From positions 32,001 through 96,000 of the forward strand of contig CBDCRW010000006.1 of the NCBI GenBank assembly GCA_965221125.1: a DNA stretch of 64,000 nt, given 5' to 3'. The notes under the pieces are model-generated. The model had not been told where the DNA came from. It saw nothing but the letters and a program-made list of their open reading frames with translations, and searched no databases. The translations under genes and the position numbers were made by a program. Shown here one piece after another: positions 31,064-43,200 of this stretch (position 1 is the stretch's first letter; each line of letters begins with the position of its first letter). This DNA is from Alphaproteobacteria bacterium. Its GTDB lineage: Bacteria; Pseudomonadota; Alphaproteobacteria; UBA828.

Positions 31064-32416
31064 TTGGCCATCCGTCTTGCACGCGCCGCTGCACTCGCCT
31101 GCGTAACGCTCGCCTCGATCCTGGCAGCGGCGACGCAGGCGCAGAGCATGTCGCTGATCCGCGACGCCGAAATCGAAGATACCATCCGCTCCTATGCCGC
31201 GCCACTGCTGGAGGCTTCGGGCCTGGGCGAGGGCGCGGTCAAGCTGCACATCGTCAACGACCCCAGCATCAACGCCTTCGTCGCCGGCGGCCCCAACCTC
31301 TTCCTCTCGAGCGGCATGCTGTCGGCCTCCGAGGAACCGGGCGAGATCATCGGCGTCATCGCGCACGAGATCGGCCACATCGCCGGCGGCCACCTGGTGC
31401 GCACGCGCGATGCCATGGAGAACGCATCCACCGAGATGATCCTGGCGACCGTGCTCGCGGCCGGCGCCATCGTCGCCGGCCAGGGCGAGGTGGGCAGCGC
31501 CGTCCTGAGCGGCGGCCAGGCGATGGCGCAGCAGTCGTTCCTCCGCTACAGCCGGGCGCAGGAGGAGGCCGCCGATCAGGCCGCCATCCGCCTCCTGGAC
31601 AAGACGGGACAGTCCGCCGAGGGCCTGCTGCGCATGTTCGAGAGGCTGGAGGAGCGCGAGCGGCTCTCCCTCGGCAATGCGAACAGCTACGCGCGCACCC
31701 ACCCGCTCACGCGCGAGCGCGTCCGCTTCGTCCGCGACCATGTGGCTGAGGCGGAGGGGGCCGTGAACGAAACGCCGGAAGCGGCGCGCCTCGCCCATCG
31801 CCGGATGGTGGCGAAGCTCAAGGGCTTCCTCGATGAGCCGGAGGAGACGTTCCGCGTCTATCCGGCCGAGGACCGGTCGCTCGACGCGCGCTACGCCCGC
31901 GCGATCGCCTACTACCGGATTCCCGACCTGCATGGCGCGCTCGAGACCCTCGACGCGCTGCTAGCGGACCACCCCGACGACCCCTGGTTCCACGAGCTCA
32001 AGGGGCAGGTCCTCTTCGAGAACGGGCGCGTGCGCGAGGCGATCGAACCCTATGCCCGCGCGGTGGCGCTAAAGGGGGATTCCGCCCTGCTGCGCCTCGG
32101 CCTCGCCCGGGCGCAGATCGAGACCGGCGAGGCCGATCTGATGCTGGAGGCCGTGGCGAACCTGGAGGCGGCGAGCCGGCTGGAGCCGAAGGAGCCGCAG
32201 CACTGGTATCAGCTGGGCATTGCGCGGGGGCGTGCGGGCGCGCGCGCGGCCTCCTCCCTCGCCTTCGCCGAGGCGGCCTATCTGCGGGGCGACGCCCGGA
32301 CGGCGCACCGCCACGCATCCATCGCGGCGGAGGGTTTGGCATACGGCAGCGCGTCCTGGCTCAGGGCCGAGGATATCCGCAACGCCGCCGAGCAGGCGAT
32401 GAAGAGGCAGCGCTGA
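31064..32416 (+). CDS. Periplasmic M48 metalloprotease with TPR repeats (BepA/YfgC-like)
   Basis: Signal peptide, INAFV, HEIGH, EEAAD, THPL; exact start uncertain. Confidence 0.88.
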   Translation: MAIRLARAAALACVTLASILAAATQAQSMSLIRDAEIEDTIRSYAAPLLEASGLGEGAVKLHIVNDPSINAFVAGGPNLFLSSGMLSASEEPGEIIGVIAHEIGHIAGGHLVRTRDAMENASTEMILATVLAAGAIVAGQGEVGSAVLSGGQAMAQQSFLRYSRAQEEAADQAAIRLLDKTGQSAEGLLRMFERLEERERLSLGNANSYARTHPLTRERVRFVRDHVAEAEGAVNETPEAARLAHRRMVAKLKGFLDEPEETFRVYPAEDRSLDARYARAIAYYRIPDLHGALETLDALLADHPDDPWFHELKGQVLFENGRVREAIEPYARAVALKGDSALLRLGLARAQIETGEADLMLEAVANLEAASRLEPKEPQHWYQLGIARGRAGARAASSLAFAEAAYLRGDARTAHRHASIAAEGLAYGSASWLRAEDIRNAAEQAMKRQR

Positions 32417-32487
32417 GTCGATTCCGCGCGCCTGCCGGCGCTAACGCGATTCCGCGCGCCTTCCGGCGCGACCGGACCGCGGATCGG

Positions 32488-33480
32488 TCAGATGAGGCCG
32501 CCGAGGGGGGACGAGGGGTCGGCGTAGCGCTTCTTCGCCATGCGGCCGGCGAGATAGGCGAGCCGGCCGGCCTCGACGGCGTGACGCATGGCGTGCGCCA
32601 TCAGCACCGGGTCGCGCGCGCCGGCGATGGCGGTGTTCATCAGCACCCCGTCGCAGCCGAGCTCCATCGCCACCGCCGCGTCCGAGGCCGTGCCGACGCC
32701 GGCATCGACGAGCACGGGCACGGCGCAGCGCTCGACGATGATGCGGATGCCGACGGGGTTCTGCACGCCGAGCCCGGAGCCGATGGGCGCAGCCAGCGGC
32801 ATGATGGCGGCGCAGCCCATGTCCTCTAGCCGCTTGGCCATGATGGGGTCGTCGTTGCAGTAGACCATCACCTCGAAGCCGTCCGCGATCAGGATTTCGG
32901 CCGCGCGCAGAGTCTCCGGCATGTTGGGGTAGAGGGTCTCCTGATCGCCGAGCACCTCGAGCTTGACCAGCGACCAGCCGCCGGCCTCGCGGGCGAGCCG
33001 GAGCGTGCGCACGGCGTCCTCGCCGGTGAAGCAGCCGGCGGTGTTGGGCAGGTAGGTGTAGCGCTTGGGATCGACGTAATCGATCAGCATCGGCGCATTG
33101 GGATCGGTGACGTTCACGCGGCGCACCGCAACCGTGACGATCTCGGCGCCCGAAGCCTCCAGCGCCGCCGCGGTCTGCTCGAAGTCCCGGTACTTGCCGG
33201 TGCCGACGATCAGCCGCGAGCGGAAGCGCCGCCCGGCGACCTCCCACGTGTCGTCGTCGGCAGCCGCCGGCGCAGGGTCGGCGCCGCCGCCGATGAAGTG
33301 CACGATTTCGAGCCGGTCGCCGGCGGCCACAGTGGTGTGGTCGTAGGCGCTGCGCGGCACGATCTCGAGGTTGTGCTCGACGGCGATCTTGCGCGGATCG
33401 AGGCCCAATCCGCTCACGATGCTGTGGACCGACTGGGGCTCCTCGAAGTCGCGGAGCTCGCCGTTTATCTGCACCTGCAT
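32488..33480 (-). CDS. thiG: Fused sulfur carrier ThiS - thiazole synthase ThiG
   Basis: MQVQINGE...EIVHFIGGG then [38 protein letters not shown]. Confidence 0.93.
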   Translation of the reverse strand: MQVQINGELRDFEEPQSVHSIVSGLGLDPRKIAVEHNLEIVPRSAYDHTTVAAGDRLEIVHFIGGGADPAPAAADDDTWEVAGRRFRSRLIVGTGKYRDFEQTAAALEASGAEIVTVAVRRVNVTDPNAPMLIDYVDPKRYTYLPNTAGCFTGEDAVRTLRLAREAGGWSLVKLEVLGDQETLYPNMPETLRAAEILIADGFEVMVYCNDDPIMAKRLEDMGCAAIMPLAAPIGSGLGVQNPVGIRIIVERCAVPVLVDAGVGTASDAAVAMELGCDGVLMNTAIAGARDPVLMAHAMRHAVEAGRLAYLAGRMAKKRYADPSSPLGGLI

Positions 33481-33657
33481 GGGTGAGGTTCCGTGAAAAA
33501 TCCGCACGCTGCCGCAATGTTGCGGCCTCATCTGGAGTATTGGTGAGTAACATGGCGATTTCAACCGGCCAAGGCGGCGGCGGACACGCGGATTGAAGCC
33601 CGAGTCCCCGCCGTGCTAGACCGGACATGCGGGCGGGCATCACGACCCGGTGCGGTC

Positions 33658-34101
33658 ATGAGTCACAATATCTTGATTCTGAACGGCCCTAACCTCAATA
33701 TGCTGGGGTTGCGGGAACCTGAGATCTACGGTCGCGAGACCCTGGACGACATTCGCGCGCGGTGCGAGCGCCACGCGGAGGGTTGCGGGCTCGCGGTCGA
33801 TTTCAGGCAGAGCAACCATGAGGGCGAGCTGATCGACTGGATTCAGCAGGCGCCGAAGGCGCACGCCGGCATCATCCTCAATCCCGGCGGCTACACCCAC
33901 ACGTCGGTCGCCATCATGGACGCGCTGCGCGCCGTGGCGCTGCCTGCCATCGAGCTGCACCTCTCGAACATCCACCGGCGCGAGCCCTTCCGCCGGCGCT
34001 CCTATGTCGCGCAAGCCGTGCAGGGCTCGATCTGCGGCTTCGGCGCCGACGGCTACCTGCTCGCGCTCGACGGGATGCGCGCGCTCTTGACGGAGGACTG
34101 A
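33658..34101 (+). CDS. aroQ: Type II 3-dehydroquinate dehydratase
   Basis: [36 protein letters not shown]. Confidence 0.96.
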   Translation: MSHNILILNGPNLNMLGLREPEIYGRETLDDIRARCERHAEGCGLAVDFRQSNHEGELIDWIQQAPKAHAGIILNPGGYTHTSVAIMDALRAVALPAIELHLSNIHRREPFRRRSYVAQAVQGSICGFGADGYLLALDGMRALLTED

Positions 34102-34105
34102 CGCG

Positions 34106-34606
34106 ATGGCGGTGAAGCCTGTGCCGGATGCCCGGCCGGAAGACCCGGAGCCCGTGTTCGGACCCGATATCGAGTTGATCCGCGCGCTTGCCGCGGTGCT
34201 CGACGAGGCAGGTCTTACCGAGATCGAGATCGGCGAGGGCGCGAACCGCATCCGCATCGCGCGCCAGACGGCGGTGGGCGCAGCGCCCCCGCCTGCGGCT
34301 GCCGCGCCCCCGGTGGCGGCCGTGCCCGTGGCGCAGGCGGAGCCCCCTGCGCCGCCGGATGCGGACGACGACCCCGGCGCCGTGACCTCCCCGCTCGTCG
34401 GCGTCGTCTACGTGGCGCCGGAGCCCGGCGGGCGCCCCTTCGTCCTGGTGGGCGACGAGATCAACGAGGGCGATACGCTCTTCATCGTCGAGGCGATGAA
34501 GACGATGAACCCCGTCCGCGCCCCGCGCGGCGGCCGTGTCACGCGGATTCTCGCCGAGAACGGTGCCAGGGTCGAGTACGGCGAGGTCCTGCTGATCCTC
34601 GAGTGA
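34106..34606 (+). CDS. accB: Biotin carboxyl carrier protein
   Basis: EAMKTMN biotinylation motif, Pro/Ala linker. Confidence 0.95.
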   Translation: MAVKPVPDARPEDPEPVFGPDIELIRALAAVLDEAGLTEIEIGEGANRIRIARQTAVGAAPPPAAAAPPVAAVPVAQAEPPAPPDADDDPGAVTSPLVGVVYVAPEPGGRPFVLVGDEINEGDTLFIVEAMKTMNPVRAPRGGRVTRILAENGARVEYGEVLLILE

Positions 34607-34611
34607 GGCCG

Positions 34612-35970
34612 ATGTTCGACAAGGTCCTGATCGCCAACCGGGGGGAGATCGCGGTCCGGATCATTCGCGCCTGCCGGGAGTTCGGCATCAAGACGGTCGC
34701 CGTTCATTCCACGGCCGACGCGGAGGCGATGCACGCGAGGCTCGCGGACGAATCGGTCTGCATCGGCCCGCCTGCGCCCCGGGAGAGCTACCTCAACATC
34801 CCGGCCATCATCGCCGCCGGCGAGATCACCAACGCCGACGCGATCCACCCCGGATACGGCTTCCTCTCCGAGAGCGCCGACTTCGCGACCATCGTGGAAG
34901 AGCACGGCTTCATCTTCATCGGCCCGACGCCGTCGCACATCACGCTGATGGGCGACAAGATCCGCGCCAAGCAGACTGCGGCCGAGCTCGGCCTGCCGGT
35001 TGTGCCGGGCTCCGCGGACGCGCTGGAGGGGGCCGACGCCTTCGCCGAGGCCGCCGACGAGATCGGCTATCCGGTGCTCATCAAGGCGGTGGCCGGCGGC
35101 GGCGGGCGCGGCATGATGCGGGTCGACCGCCGCGAGGAGCTGGCCGTGGCGGCCGGCACGGCGCGCGCCGAGGCCGAGGCGGCTTTCGGCAACGACGCGC
35201 TCTATCTGGAGAAGCTGGTCGCGGCGCCGCGCCATATCGAGGTGCAGGTGCTGGCGGACCAGTTCGGCAACGCGGTGCATCTGGGCGAGCGCGACTGCTC
35301 GCTCCAGCGCCGCCACCAGAAGGTGCTGGAGGAAGCGCCCTCGCCGGCGCTCGACGCCGAGCGGCGGGCGGAAATCGGCGAGCGCGTCCGCACCGCCGTC
35401 CGCGAGCTCGGCTATCGCGGGGTCGGCACGCTGGAATTCCTCTACGAGGACGGCGCCTTCTACTTCATGGAGATGAACACGCGCATCCAGGTGGAGCATC
35501 CCGTCACCGAGATGATCACCGGGGTCGACCTCGTTCAGGAGCAGCTCCGCGTCGCCGCCGGCGAGCCCTTGGCCTTCGGCCAGGCGGACATCCGCTTCGA
35601 GGGCCACGCCATCGAATGCCGCATCACGGCGGAGGACCCCGAGACCTTTCACCCCTCGCCCGGCACCGTCAGCGGCTACCACACGCCGGGCGGGCCTGGC
35701 GTGCGCATCGATTCCGCGCTCTACGACGGCTACCGGATCCCGCCCTACTACGACAGCCTCATCAGCAAGGTGATCGCGCAGGCGGGCGACCGCTCGGCCT
35801 GCCTGATGCGGCTCCGACGGGCGCTGGAGGAATACGTCATCCAGGGCATCTCGACCACGATCCCGCTGCACCTGCGGCTGCTCGCCAGCAAGGCGTTCGC
35901 GGACAGCGCCTACGACATCCACTGGTTCGAGCGCTTCGTGACGGAGACCAGCGCAGACCCCGGCACCTGA
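34612..35970 (+). CDS. accC: Biotin carboxylase
   Basis: [40 protein letters not shown]. Confidence 0.96.
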   Translation: MFDKVLIANRGEIAVRIIRACREFGIKTVAVHSTADAEAMHARLADESVCIGPPAPRESYLNIPAIIAAGEITNADAIHPGYGFLSESADFATIVEEHGFIFIGPTPSHITLMGDKIRAKQTAAELGLPVVPGSADALEGADAFAEAADEIGYPVLIKAVAGGGGRGMMRVDRREELAVAAGTARAEAEAAFGNDALYLEKLVAAPRHIEVQVLADQFGNAVHLGERDCSLQRRHQKVLEEAPSPALDAERRAEIGERVRTAVRELGYRGVGTLEFLYEDGAFYFMEMNTRIQVEHPVTEMITGVDLVQEQLRVAAGEPLAFGQADIRFEGHAIECRITAEDPETFHPSPGTVSGYHTPGGPGVRIDSALYDGYRIPPYYDSLISKVIAQAGDRSACLMRLRRALEEYVIQGISTTIPLHLRLLASKAFADSAYDIHWFERFVTETSADPGT

Positions 35971-35980
35971 CGAAGACGGC

Positions 35981-36652
35981 ATGACCACGGTCGAGCTCAC
36001 GCCCGCGCTGATTCTCAGGGCGTACGGCTGCGGTCTCTTTCCCATGGCCGAGGGCAAGGCGGAGCGGGACGTCTTCTGGGTCGACCCCGAGACGCGGGGC
36101 GTCATCCCGCTGGACCGCTTTCACGTGGCCCGGCGGCTTGCGCGCACGGTCCGCGCCGGGCGCTTCCGCGTCACCGTGGACCGCGACTTTCCCCGCGTCG
36201 TGAGGGGCTGCGCGCGGCGCACCGGGCGCAGGCCGGAATCCTGGATCAACGGGCCCATCTTCGAGGCGTACTGCGCGCTGCACCGGCAGGGGCACGCCCA
36301 CAGCGTGGAGGCCTGGTGCGACGATGCGCTGGCGGGCGGCCTCTACGGCGTGGCGCTGGGCGCGGCGTTCTTCGGCGAGAGCATGTTCAGCGCCGAGCGC
36401 GACGCCAGCAAGGTGACGCTGGTGCACCTGGTCGCGCGCCTGAGAGCGGGCGGCTACACCCTGCTGGATACCCAGTTCGTCACCCCGCACCTGCGCCGCT
36501 TCGGCGCGGTCGAGATGCCGCGGGCGCGCTACCTCTCGCAGCTCGCGGACGCGCTCTCCCGGCAGGCGACCTTCTACCCGGCGGGCTTCTCCGACGCGAC
36601 GGTATCGTCTGCCGGCGCGGCGGCGGCGCAGGCCAGCACCCAGATGTCGTAG
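35981..36652 (+). CDS. aat: Leucyl/phenylalanyl-tRNA-protein transferase
   Basis: [32 protein letters not shown]. Confidence 0.93.
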   Translation: MTTVELTPALILRAYGCGLFPMAEGKAERDVFWVDPETRGVIPLDRFHVARRLARTVRAGRFRVTVDRDFPRVVRGCARRTGRRPESWINGPIFEAYCALHRQGHAHSVEAWCDDALAGGLYGVALGAAFFGESMFSAERDASKVTLVHLVARLRAGGYTLLDTQFVTPHLRRFGAVEMPRARYLSQLADALSRQATFYPAGFSDATVSSAGAAAAQASTQMS

Positions 36653-36996
36653 ACCGGGTGCTCCAGCGCCGCGAGGCCCGGCGTCGACGAGAACATCCAG
36701 CCGGTATAGAGGCGCACCGCGCTCTCGTCGTGGTGAACCTCGTCGATCTCGAGGAAGGCCGCGTTCTCCGGCGGCTCCTCCGGCGGCGCGGCATGACAGG
36801 CGCGGACGACGATACGGAGGGTGCCGAAGCGGACCGGCTGGTCGAGCGGCGCCTCCAGCTCGGAGGTGCGCGCCACCACTTTGTCGAGCGCCTGGAGCAC
36901 GGCAACAGGACGCTCGGCCGCGCCGGCGCCTGAGCCGCCGGCGAGCGCCGCGCCGAGCGCTGCGCCCGCGGCCAGCAGTACGAAACCGGGCCTCAC
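36574..36996 (-). CDS. DUF2155 family protein
   Basis: [31 protein letters not shown]; position between mlaD and aat. Confidence 0.8.
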   Translation of the reverse strand: MRPGFVLLAAGAALGAALAGGSGAGAAERPVAVLQALDKVVARTSELEAPLDQPVRFGTLRIVVRACHAAPPEEPPENAAFLEIDEVHHDESAVRLYTGWMFSSTPGLAALEHPVYDIWVLACAAAAPADDTVASEKPAG

Positions 36997-37437
36997 CTAC
37001 TCGGTGCCGAACGCGAACTTGCCGATCAGCTCCTCGAGCAGGAGCGAGGATTGTGTATACGCGATGCGGCCGCCGTCCTCGATGAGCGCCTCCTCGGCGC
37101 CGGGCTGAAGGTCGATGAACTTGCCGCCGAGCAGGCCGTCGCTCACCACCGCCGCGGTGGAATCCATCGGCAGCTCGACCGTTTCGTCGATGCTCATGCG
37201 CAGCACGGCGCGGAAGGTCTCGGGCTCAAGGGTGCGCTCGATCACCGTGCCGACCTTGATGCCGCCGATGCGGACGTCGGAGCCATTGGAGATGCCGTCC
37301 ACGCGGTTGAACGCCGCGCTCACCTCGTAGCCGCTGGCCGTGGCGACGCCGCTCTTGTTGTAGGCGAAAACCAGGAAGCCGATGGCCACCGCCAGCACCA
37401 CCGCACCCAGCAGGGTCTCGACCAGGCTTCTCGACAT
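36997..37437 (-). CDS. mlaD: MCE/MlaD family protein
   Basis: ETLLGAVVL, GSDVRIGGIKVG, DGLLGGKFI, TQSS. Confidence 0.85.
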   Translation of the reverse strand: MSRSLVETLLGAVVLAVAIGFLVFAYNKSGVATASGYEVSAAFNRVDGISNGSDVRIGGIKVGTVIERTLEPETFRAVLRMSIDETVELPMDSTAAVVSDGLLGGKFIDLQPGAEEALIEDGGRIAYTQSSLLLEELIGKFAFGTE

Positions 37438-37542
37438 GGCGACCTCCTTCCCTGCCACTGGCGTGACGACTGCGGCCCCGTCCGGCCGAGGCAGGGCCGC
37501 GCCGAGTCGCAGTTTGCCATAGCGTACCCGGTCTCGGGTACG

Positions 37543-37692
37543 GGCTGGGGCGTTTCCGTTATAGACGAAAACGCCCCAGCCATTTGTCGCTCACGGCGGC
37601 CGGCTTTCAGCCGGCGCCTGCGCGGGCGCGCCGCATTCGCGGCGGGCCGCGGTCGCGGCCTGTCGCGCGTCCGTCGGGGACGGACGCGCTCT
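37543..37692 (+). repeat. Dispersed double-hairpin repeat, copy B
   Basis: Shares TCGCTCACGGC..CCGGCTTTCAGCCGG..TTCGCGGCGGGCCGC..GCGCGTCCG core with copies A and C. Confidence 0.82.
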
Positions 37693-37715
37693 TGGTTGCC
37701 AACGCTGGGTTGAGG

Positions 37716-40256
37716 CTAAGCGCCGGCGGACAGGTCGATGCCTCGCGCGGCGACGAAGTCGCGGTAGGGCGCGAACGCCTCGTCCACCGCGTCTGGCGTG
37801 AGGCCGTAATCCTCCAGGCTGTACTCGTGGCGCGGTTCCTGCCGGCGCTGCTCGGCCTGGAGGGCGAGCCAGTCCTCCATGGCGTCGGCAGTATCCGTGC
37901 CAAGCGGCCAGCCGAGGCGGGCGTAGATGGCCCTCACGACGGCCATCGGGTTATCGACCAGATCGGCATAGCGCACGTCGACCCAGCGCTCTTCCAGCGC
38001 GGGATTCGAGGCACGGAATTGCGTGGCGTCGTTGAGCATGCCGCTCATGAACGCCAACTGCTCGGCGCCGGTCTCGTGCGGCGGTCTCGGCTCCGTGGCG
38101 AAGCCGCGAAGCCGCTCCGCCAGGCTGTTCCAGGACGCCATGAACTGCACAGGCTCGCGGTGGGTCTGGATGAAGACCGCGTCGGGATAGGCCTCAAGCA
38201 GCGCCTCCAGTTCCTTGAGGTGGAAGGGTGCCTTGAGCAGCCAGTGCCGTTGCCCTTCCGGCTCTCGCTGCCGGTGCTGCCAGGTAAAGTTCTGCATGAC
38301 GCGCCGGTGATGCGCATAGACCTCGCGGGATCCGGCTGTGGCCAGCCAGCGGCCATACCCTGGCACGTGATGCGCGATGGTGAAGGCCCAGGTCCTGAAG
38401 GCGAGCCAAAGGAGCATGAAGTCCTCCTCCGGCTCGCTCATGTCAACGCGGTGAAGCCCGGCGAGCGCGTCGACGGCCCCGGTCGCGTTCAACACCTCTT
38501 CCGCGTAGACCCGGCGGGGATCCTCTGCCGTCCAGGCGACGGTGCCGTATTCGCCGGTGGACAGCACCGGCTCAGTCAACTCGTACCGGCGCAATGCCCA
38601 GAACTGAGGATCACGTGACAGGAGGCGATGCAGAAATGTCGTGCCGGTCCGATTGATGCCGGCGACGAAAACCGGGCGCTCGATCTCTTCTCGCTCGATT
38701 TCGGGGTGCTGCTGGCGCTCCCTCGCAAGCGTGGCGTTGTTGCGCAGCGCGCGGGTCAGCCCGTAGATAACATGACTGATCGCCTTCTCCCGCAGCCCGG
38801 CCTCGGGCGATTTCAGCGCCTCGATCAGTTGCTTGAGCCCCTCCAGCTTCCATGCGGGATAGGCCTCTTCGAAGGGGACACCCATGCGCCGGGCGTACGT
38901 CTCGGCCTGAGCGACCAGACCTTCGAAGTCCAGGCGGGCCTGCGGGACGGAGTGGGGCCATTTCTCCTCGTTTCGTCTGAGCCAGTCGTATGAGCGGGCG
39001 TGGCGGACCAGCAATGCCGGCCACTTGATCGGGCGCGGGCAGTCCTCCCGAATGGCACGATCGCTGATCGGCAACGTTTGGCGGATCTTGTCCTCGCTGA
39101 ACCAGTAGGGCGCGAAATGGTCGAACAGCACCCACTGCCCGTGCAGCGGAGACTCCTCGCCGACCGTCTGGCACGAACGCCTGAAGGACTGATACGAGAC
39201 TTCCTGCCAATAGAACCCGAACTCCGCCAATTCGAGATCCTCATGCGGCGGCTCTGGGTCACAACAGTGATAGACGGTGAAACGCCGATCAGGGTTCAGG
39301 GAGATCGCCGCACATATTTCGATAACCGTGTCCACCGGCTCGGACTGCCTTTGTGTAGTAAAGCCTCGCGGCACCTTCTCCAGTTGAGTGGCCGCAGCAA
39401 ACAGCCGGGTCGGGAAGTCGTTCGCGTGCGTATACCCTGTGCTGGGTAACCCCATCAGCGGCAGGCGAAAGATTGCGGTCGGCACGCCGGCCGACCTCGC
39501 GGACAGCACGCCTTGCTCGGCCACCAGCTTGCTCCACGGATAGCCGACGACGCCGAGCGGAAAGATATTCTTCATTTCAGTGACGTCGGGCGACATTTGA
39601 TCGTCGATGCGGCTCTGACTGTACTCCCGCGCAAAGTTGCAGAAATACGCAGGAAATATGCCCATGCTGGAGACGTAAAACAGGTGCTTGATTCGAGTCC
39701 GCAAACACAGCTCGAGCAGGGGACGAACGCCGAGCACGTTCGCCTCGCGTATGTCATCGTAGGGCACGACCAGGCCCACGTCGGCGGCGACGTGATAGAC
39801 CGCATCGATCTGCCGGGAGAAACCCTCGAACGCGACATCGCTCAGGCCGAAGCGTTCCTCGGTGACGTCGCCGGGCACCACCCGCAGGCGCGGCGCAAAC
39901 GCGTCCTCCCAGATTTCCGCCTGCTCCAGGGCATCGCGCAGCCGCTGGAAGCCGTGTTCGACGCTCTCGGCGCGGATCAGGCAGTGAACAATCAGGCGGT
40001 CGTTCTGCCGCAGAAGCTCGCGCAGGAGGAAACGCCCGACGAAGCCGGTCGCGCCCGTCAGCAGGACCTCTCGAAAGTCGTCTGGCGACACGGCCTCGGC
40101 CGGCGTCTCGCGCGAGCGCGCCGCATGAACGACGCGGCGCAACTCGTCCACGTCTTTCTGGCAGTGCGGCGGCAACCGGCCGATGAGCGGCGGCACCGCC
40201 CGGTCAGAGGCGGATGGTGCGGCCATCGTGTCGGCCCGGGATATTGCATATGCCAT
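37716..40256 (-). CDS. swfB: Thioester reductase (R) - sulfotransferase fusion, SwfB-like
   Basis: LLTGATGFVG, HVAA, ANV, YVSS, GYPWSKLVAE, then RPVFVAGINRTGTTFLHRLL, WLLKAPFH, THREP, VRYADL; start uncertain (40289/40256/40226). Confidence 0.85.
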   Translation of the reverse strand: MAYAISRADTMAAPSASDRAVPPLIGRLPPHCQKDVDELRRVVHAARSRETPAEAVSPDDFREVLLTGATGFVGRFLLRELLRQNDRLIVHCLIRAESVEHGFQRLRDALEQAEIWEDAFAPRLRVVPGDVTEERFGLSDVAFEGFSRQIDAVYHVAADVGLVVPYDDIREANVLGVRPLLELCLRTRIKHLFYVSSMGIFPAYFCNFAREYSQSRIDDQMSPDVTEMKNIFPLGVVGYPWSKLVAEQGVLSARSAGVPTAIFRLPLMGLPSTGYTHANDFPTRLFAAATQLEKVPRGFTTQRQSEPVDTVIEICAAISLNPDRRFTVYHCCDPEPPHEDLELAEFGFYWQEVSYQSFRRSCQTVGEESPLHGQWVLFDHFAPYWFSEDKIRQTLPISDRAIREDCPRPIKWPALLVRHARSYDWLRRNEEKWPHSVPQARLDFEGLVAQAETYARRMGVPFEEAYPAWKLEGLKQLIEALKSPEAGLREKAISHVIYGLTRALRNNATLARERQQHPEIEREEIERPVFVAGINRTGTTFLHRLLSRDPQFWALRRYELTEPVLSTGEYGTVAWTAEDPRRVYAEEVLNATGAVDALAGLHRVDMSEPEEDFMLLWLAFRTWAFTIAHHVPGYGRWLATAGSREVYAHHRRVMQNFTWQHRQREPEGQRHWLLKAPFHLKELEALLEAYPDAVFIQTHREPVQFMASWNSLAERLRGFATEPRPPHETGAEQLAFMSGMLNDATQFRASNPALEERWVDVRYADLVDNPMAVVRAIYARLGWPLGTDTADAMEDWLALQAEQRRQEPRHEYSLEDYGLTPDAVDEAFAPYRDFVAARGIDLSAGA

Positions 40257-40288
40257 GGCGGAGTCCGTTCTCCTGCAGCCGGATTGCA

Positions 40289-43200
40289 CTACTCGGCCGC
40301 CATGGCCTTGGCGGCGCTATTTCCGGAGCACGGCGCCGGCGGGAAGTGATCCTCAGGCGGGCTCGCGAACACCGAGGGCTTGCGGCGAACGCGGCGCGCG
40401 GCGGCGAGGGGCGCATCCAGGGTCCCGCCGTCTTCGTCGTCGGCGTCCGTCCCGTCGTCCGTCTCCGTTCCATGGACGATGGCATGCGCCAGCGACTGGC
40501 ACGAGGCCGTGGTCATCAGCTCCAGCGCGCTCGCCTGGAAGCCGAACTCGCTCTGAATGAACGCCCCCAGCTCGGCGACGGAGATGGAGTTGAGCCCGAA
40601 GCTGGAGAGGGGCTCTTCCAGGCCGCCCTCGTCGTGGCCGCAGAGCTCGGCGACCTTGGCGGCGATCTGCGCCATCACACCATCGACCGTCAGCCGCTCG
40701 TCGGTGCCGACCGCGAACGCGTCCTGGTTGCTCATCAGGCGGCCGGTGCGCATGTGGTCGGCGGAGTCCACGCTCCAGAGGAGGCGCTTGAAGAGCGCGG
40801 TGATCAGGTGGTCGCTCCCGCCCATCGTGCGCAAGGCGTAGTCGAGGTTGGCGACCGCGAAATAGCTGCTGACCGGCGGCATGCCTGCGGCCTTCATCAG
40901 GCGGAGCACGCCGAGGTTGCGCGCGGCCATGCCCGCGTCCGCAACCGCCGCCAGGTTGTAGGAGAGCGCCGGCAGGCCGTCGCGGCGGCGGCAGGCGGCG
41001 AGGCCGTCGAGATAGGCGTTGGCGGCGCTGTAGTTGATCTGCCCCGGATTGCCGAAGGTGGACGACGTGGACGACACCATGACGAAGTGATCGAGGGCGA
41101 GGCCGGCGGTGGCGCGGTGGAGATTGAGCGCGCCCCTGGCCTTGGGCGCGAACACGCGGGCGACGGAGTCCGCCGAGAGGTCAGCCAGCAGGCAGTCGTC
41201 CAGCGCGCCGGCGAGGTGGAACACGCCCTTGAGCGGCCGCTTCACGTCGGCGACGCAGCGGCGCACGTCCGCCTCTAACGCGACGTCGCCCTGGACCAGA
41301 TCGATCTCGATCCCCTTCCCGATGTCCGCAAGCGTCGTGGACCGGCGCAGCCAGGTCTCGCTGCGCCGGCGCTCGGGGTCGCGGTCCATCAGGGTGAGGT
41401 GGCGGGCGCCGGCGGTCGCCAGGTATGGCAGGAGCCGCTGGCCGAAGCCGCCCAGACCGCCGGTCACGAGATAGGTGGCATCCGGGTCCAGCAGCGGCCG
41501 CCGGTCGTCGATGGGGAAGTCGGGAGCGGCCCCCGCCGGCGGCGCCTGCAGCACCAGCTTGCCCTGGTGCTGGCCCGAGGTCATGAGGCGGAGCGCCTTC
41601 GCATAGTCGCCGTAGGGGAAGACGGTGACCGGCAGCGGCGGCACCACGCCGCGATCGAGCAGGTCGAGGCAGGCCTGGGAAAGCTCGCGCGACAGGAGCG
41701 GATCGTCCACCATCAGGCGGTCGAGGTCGATGGCGGCGAAGCGCAGGTTCTTGCGGAAGACACGGAGGCCGAGGGCGCTGTCGGCGTAGATGTCGACCTT
41801 GCCGATCTCGCAGTGCCAGCCGCCCGGCCGCAAGGCTTCCAGGCAGAGGGACACGTGGCGGCCGGCCAGCGAGTTCAGCACGACGTCGACGCCCTGGCCG
41901 CCGGTTGCCGCCATCAGCCCCTCGTACCAGTCCTCGCTGTGGGAATCGAAGGCCGCCCGCACGCCGAGCGCGCGCAGCTGCTCGCGCTTGCTCTCGCTGC
42001 CCGCGGTGGCGTAGACCTCCGCGCCCACGTCGCCTGCGAGCGCGATGGCGGCCTGCCCGATGCCGCCCATGGCCGAGTGGATGAGGACGCGCTGGCCCTT
42101 GCGAAGCCGCGCCAGGTGAATGAGGGCGTAGTAGGAGGTGACGTAGACCGAGAGCGACGACGCGGCTTCCTCCATGCTGAGGCCGGCGGGCTTCGGGAAC
42201 ACGCGGTGCTGGCCCACCACCGCGCGGTTGGCGATGCAGCCGCCGTCCACGAAGACCACCTCGTCGCCGGGCTCCAGGCCGTCGACCGCCATGCCGGCGC
42301 GGCGGACCACGCCGCTCGCCTCCATGCCCACCTCGCGGCCGAGGGCCGAGCGCTCGTAGGCCAGCGCCGGCAGCAGGCCGAGCGTCACCATGACATCGCG
42401 GAAGTTGAGCGCCGCTGCGGCCACGTCGATCTCCACGTGGTGCGGGCCGAGCGGCGGCGGCTCGCAGGTCTTCATCTGCAGGCCGGCGATCTGGCCTGCG
42501 TTCTCCAGGAAGAGCCGATAGGGCGGGTCTTCCCCGGCAGGCACGGGCGGGAACGGCGCCCGGTCGCTCAGCACCCGCGGCGCCCAGAGCCGGCCGTCGC
42601 GCACGCCAAGCTCGCGCTCGCGCAGGTCGTGCCGCGCGAGCCACGCGAGGGTCTTCAGGTCATCGGCCGAGCCCAGGTCCACGAGGCGGAAGTCGAGCTT
42701 CGCCTCCTCGGCGACCTCCGCCGCCATGCTGCGCACCGCTCCCCAGAGCGCGCTGCCGCGCGCATCCTCGGCATCCAGGACTGCCTTGCGGGTCGCCACA
42801 GTGACGCGGCAGCGGCAACTGGCTTCGTCGATCCTGTAGGGGACCAGCGACTGGATGAAGGCGACGAAGAGCGAGACCGCCTTCTCGCCGGTCGGATCCT
42901 CCGCATCCCGGTCGAAGAAGACGTCGATCGCGTGCACGTCCGCCGCATGCGGGCAGGCCTCAGGATCGAGGCGGTCGTCGGACGCGAGGGCCTCGTAGGG
43001 GAGCGGATGGACAGAAGGATCGTCGAGCAGGTCTGCCCAGGCGGTGGCCAAGCTCTGCGGCTCGCCCAGCACCCAGCGGGGGCCCGGCAGCACCGCGTCG
43101 TCCGGCGCGTCCACGCGGTGGGGCGGCGCCTGCAGCAGGGTCGAGCGCCGGCCGGTGCGCAGCGTGGTCCAGCCGGCGGCGGGCTCGATGACGGTGCCGT

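Noticed and set aside
32419-32469. Two 23 bp direct repeats CGATTCCGCGCGCCT(G/T)CCGGCGC
   Set aside because: Two copies 5 nt apart; local duplication, not a CRISPR array.
33481-33657. TPP riboswitch upstream of thiS-thiG
   Set aside because: No CTGAGA/ACCTGA core found on the minus strand by eye.
36574-36652. 79 bp convergent overlap of aat and DUF2155 genes
   Set aside because: Both genes are intact and this tail-to-tail arrangement is ordinary for the locus.
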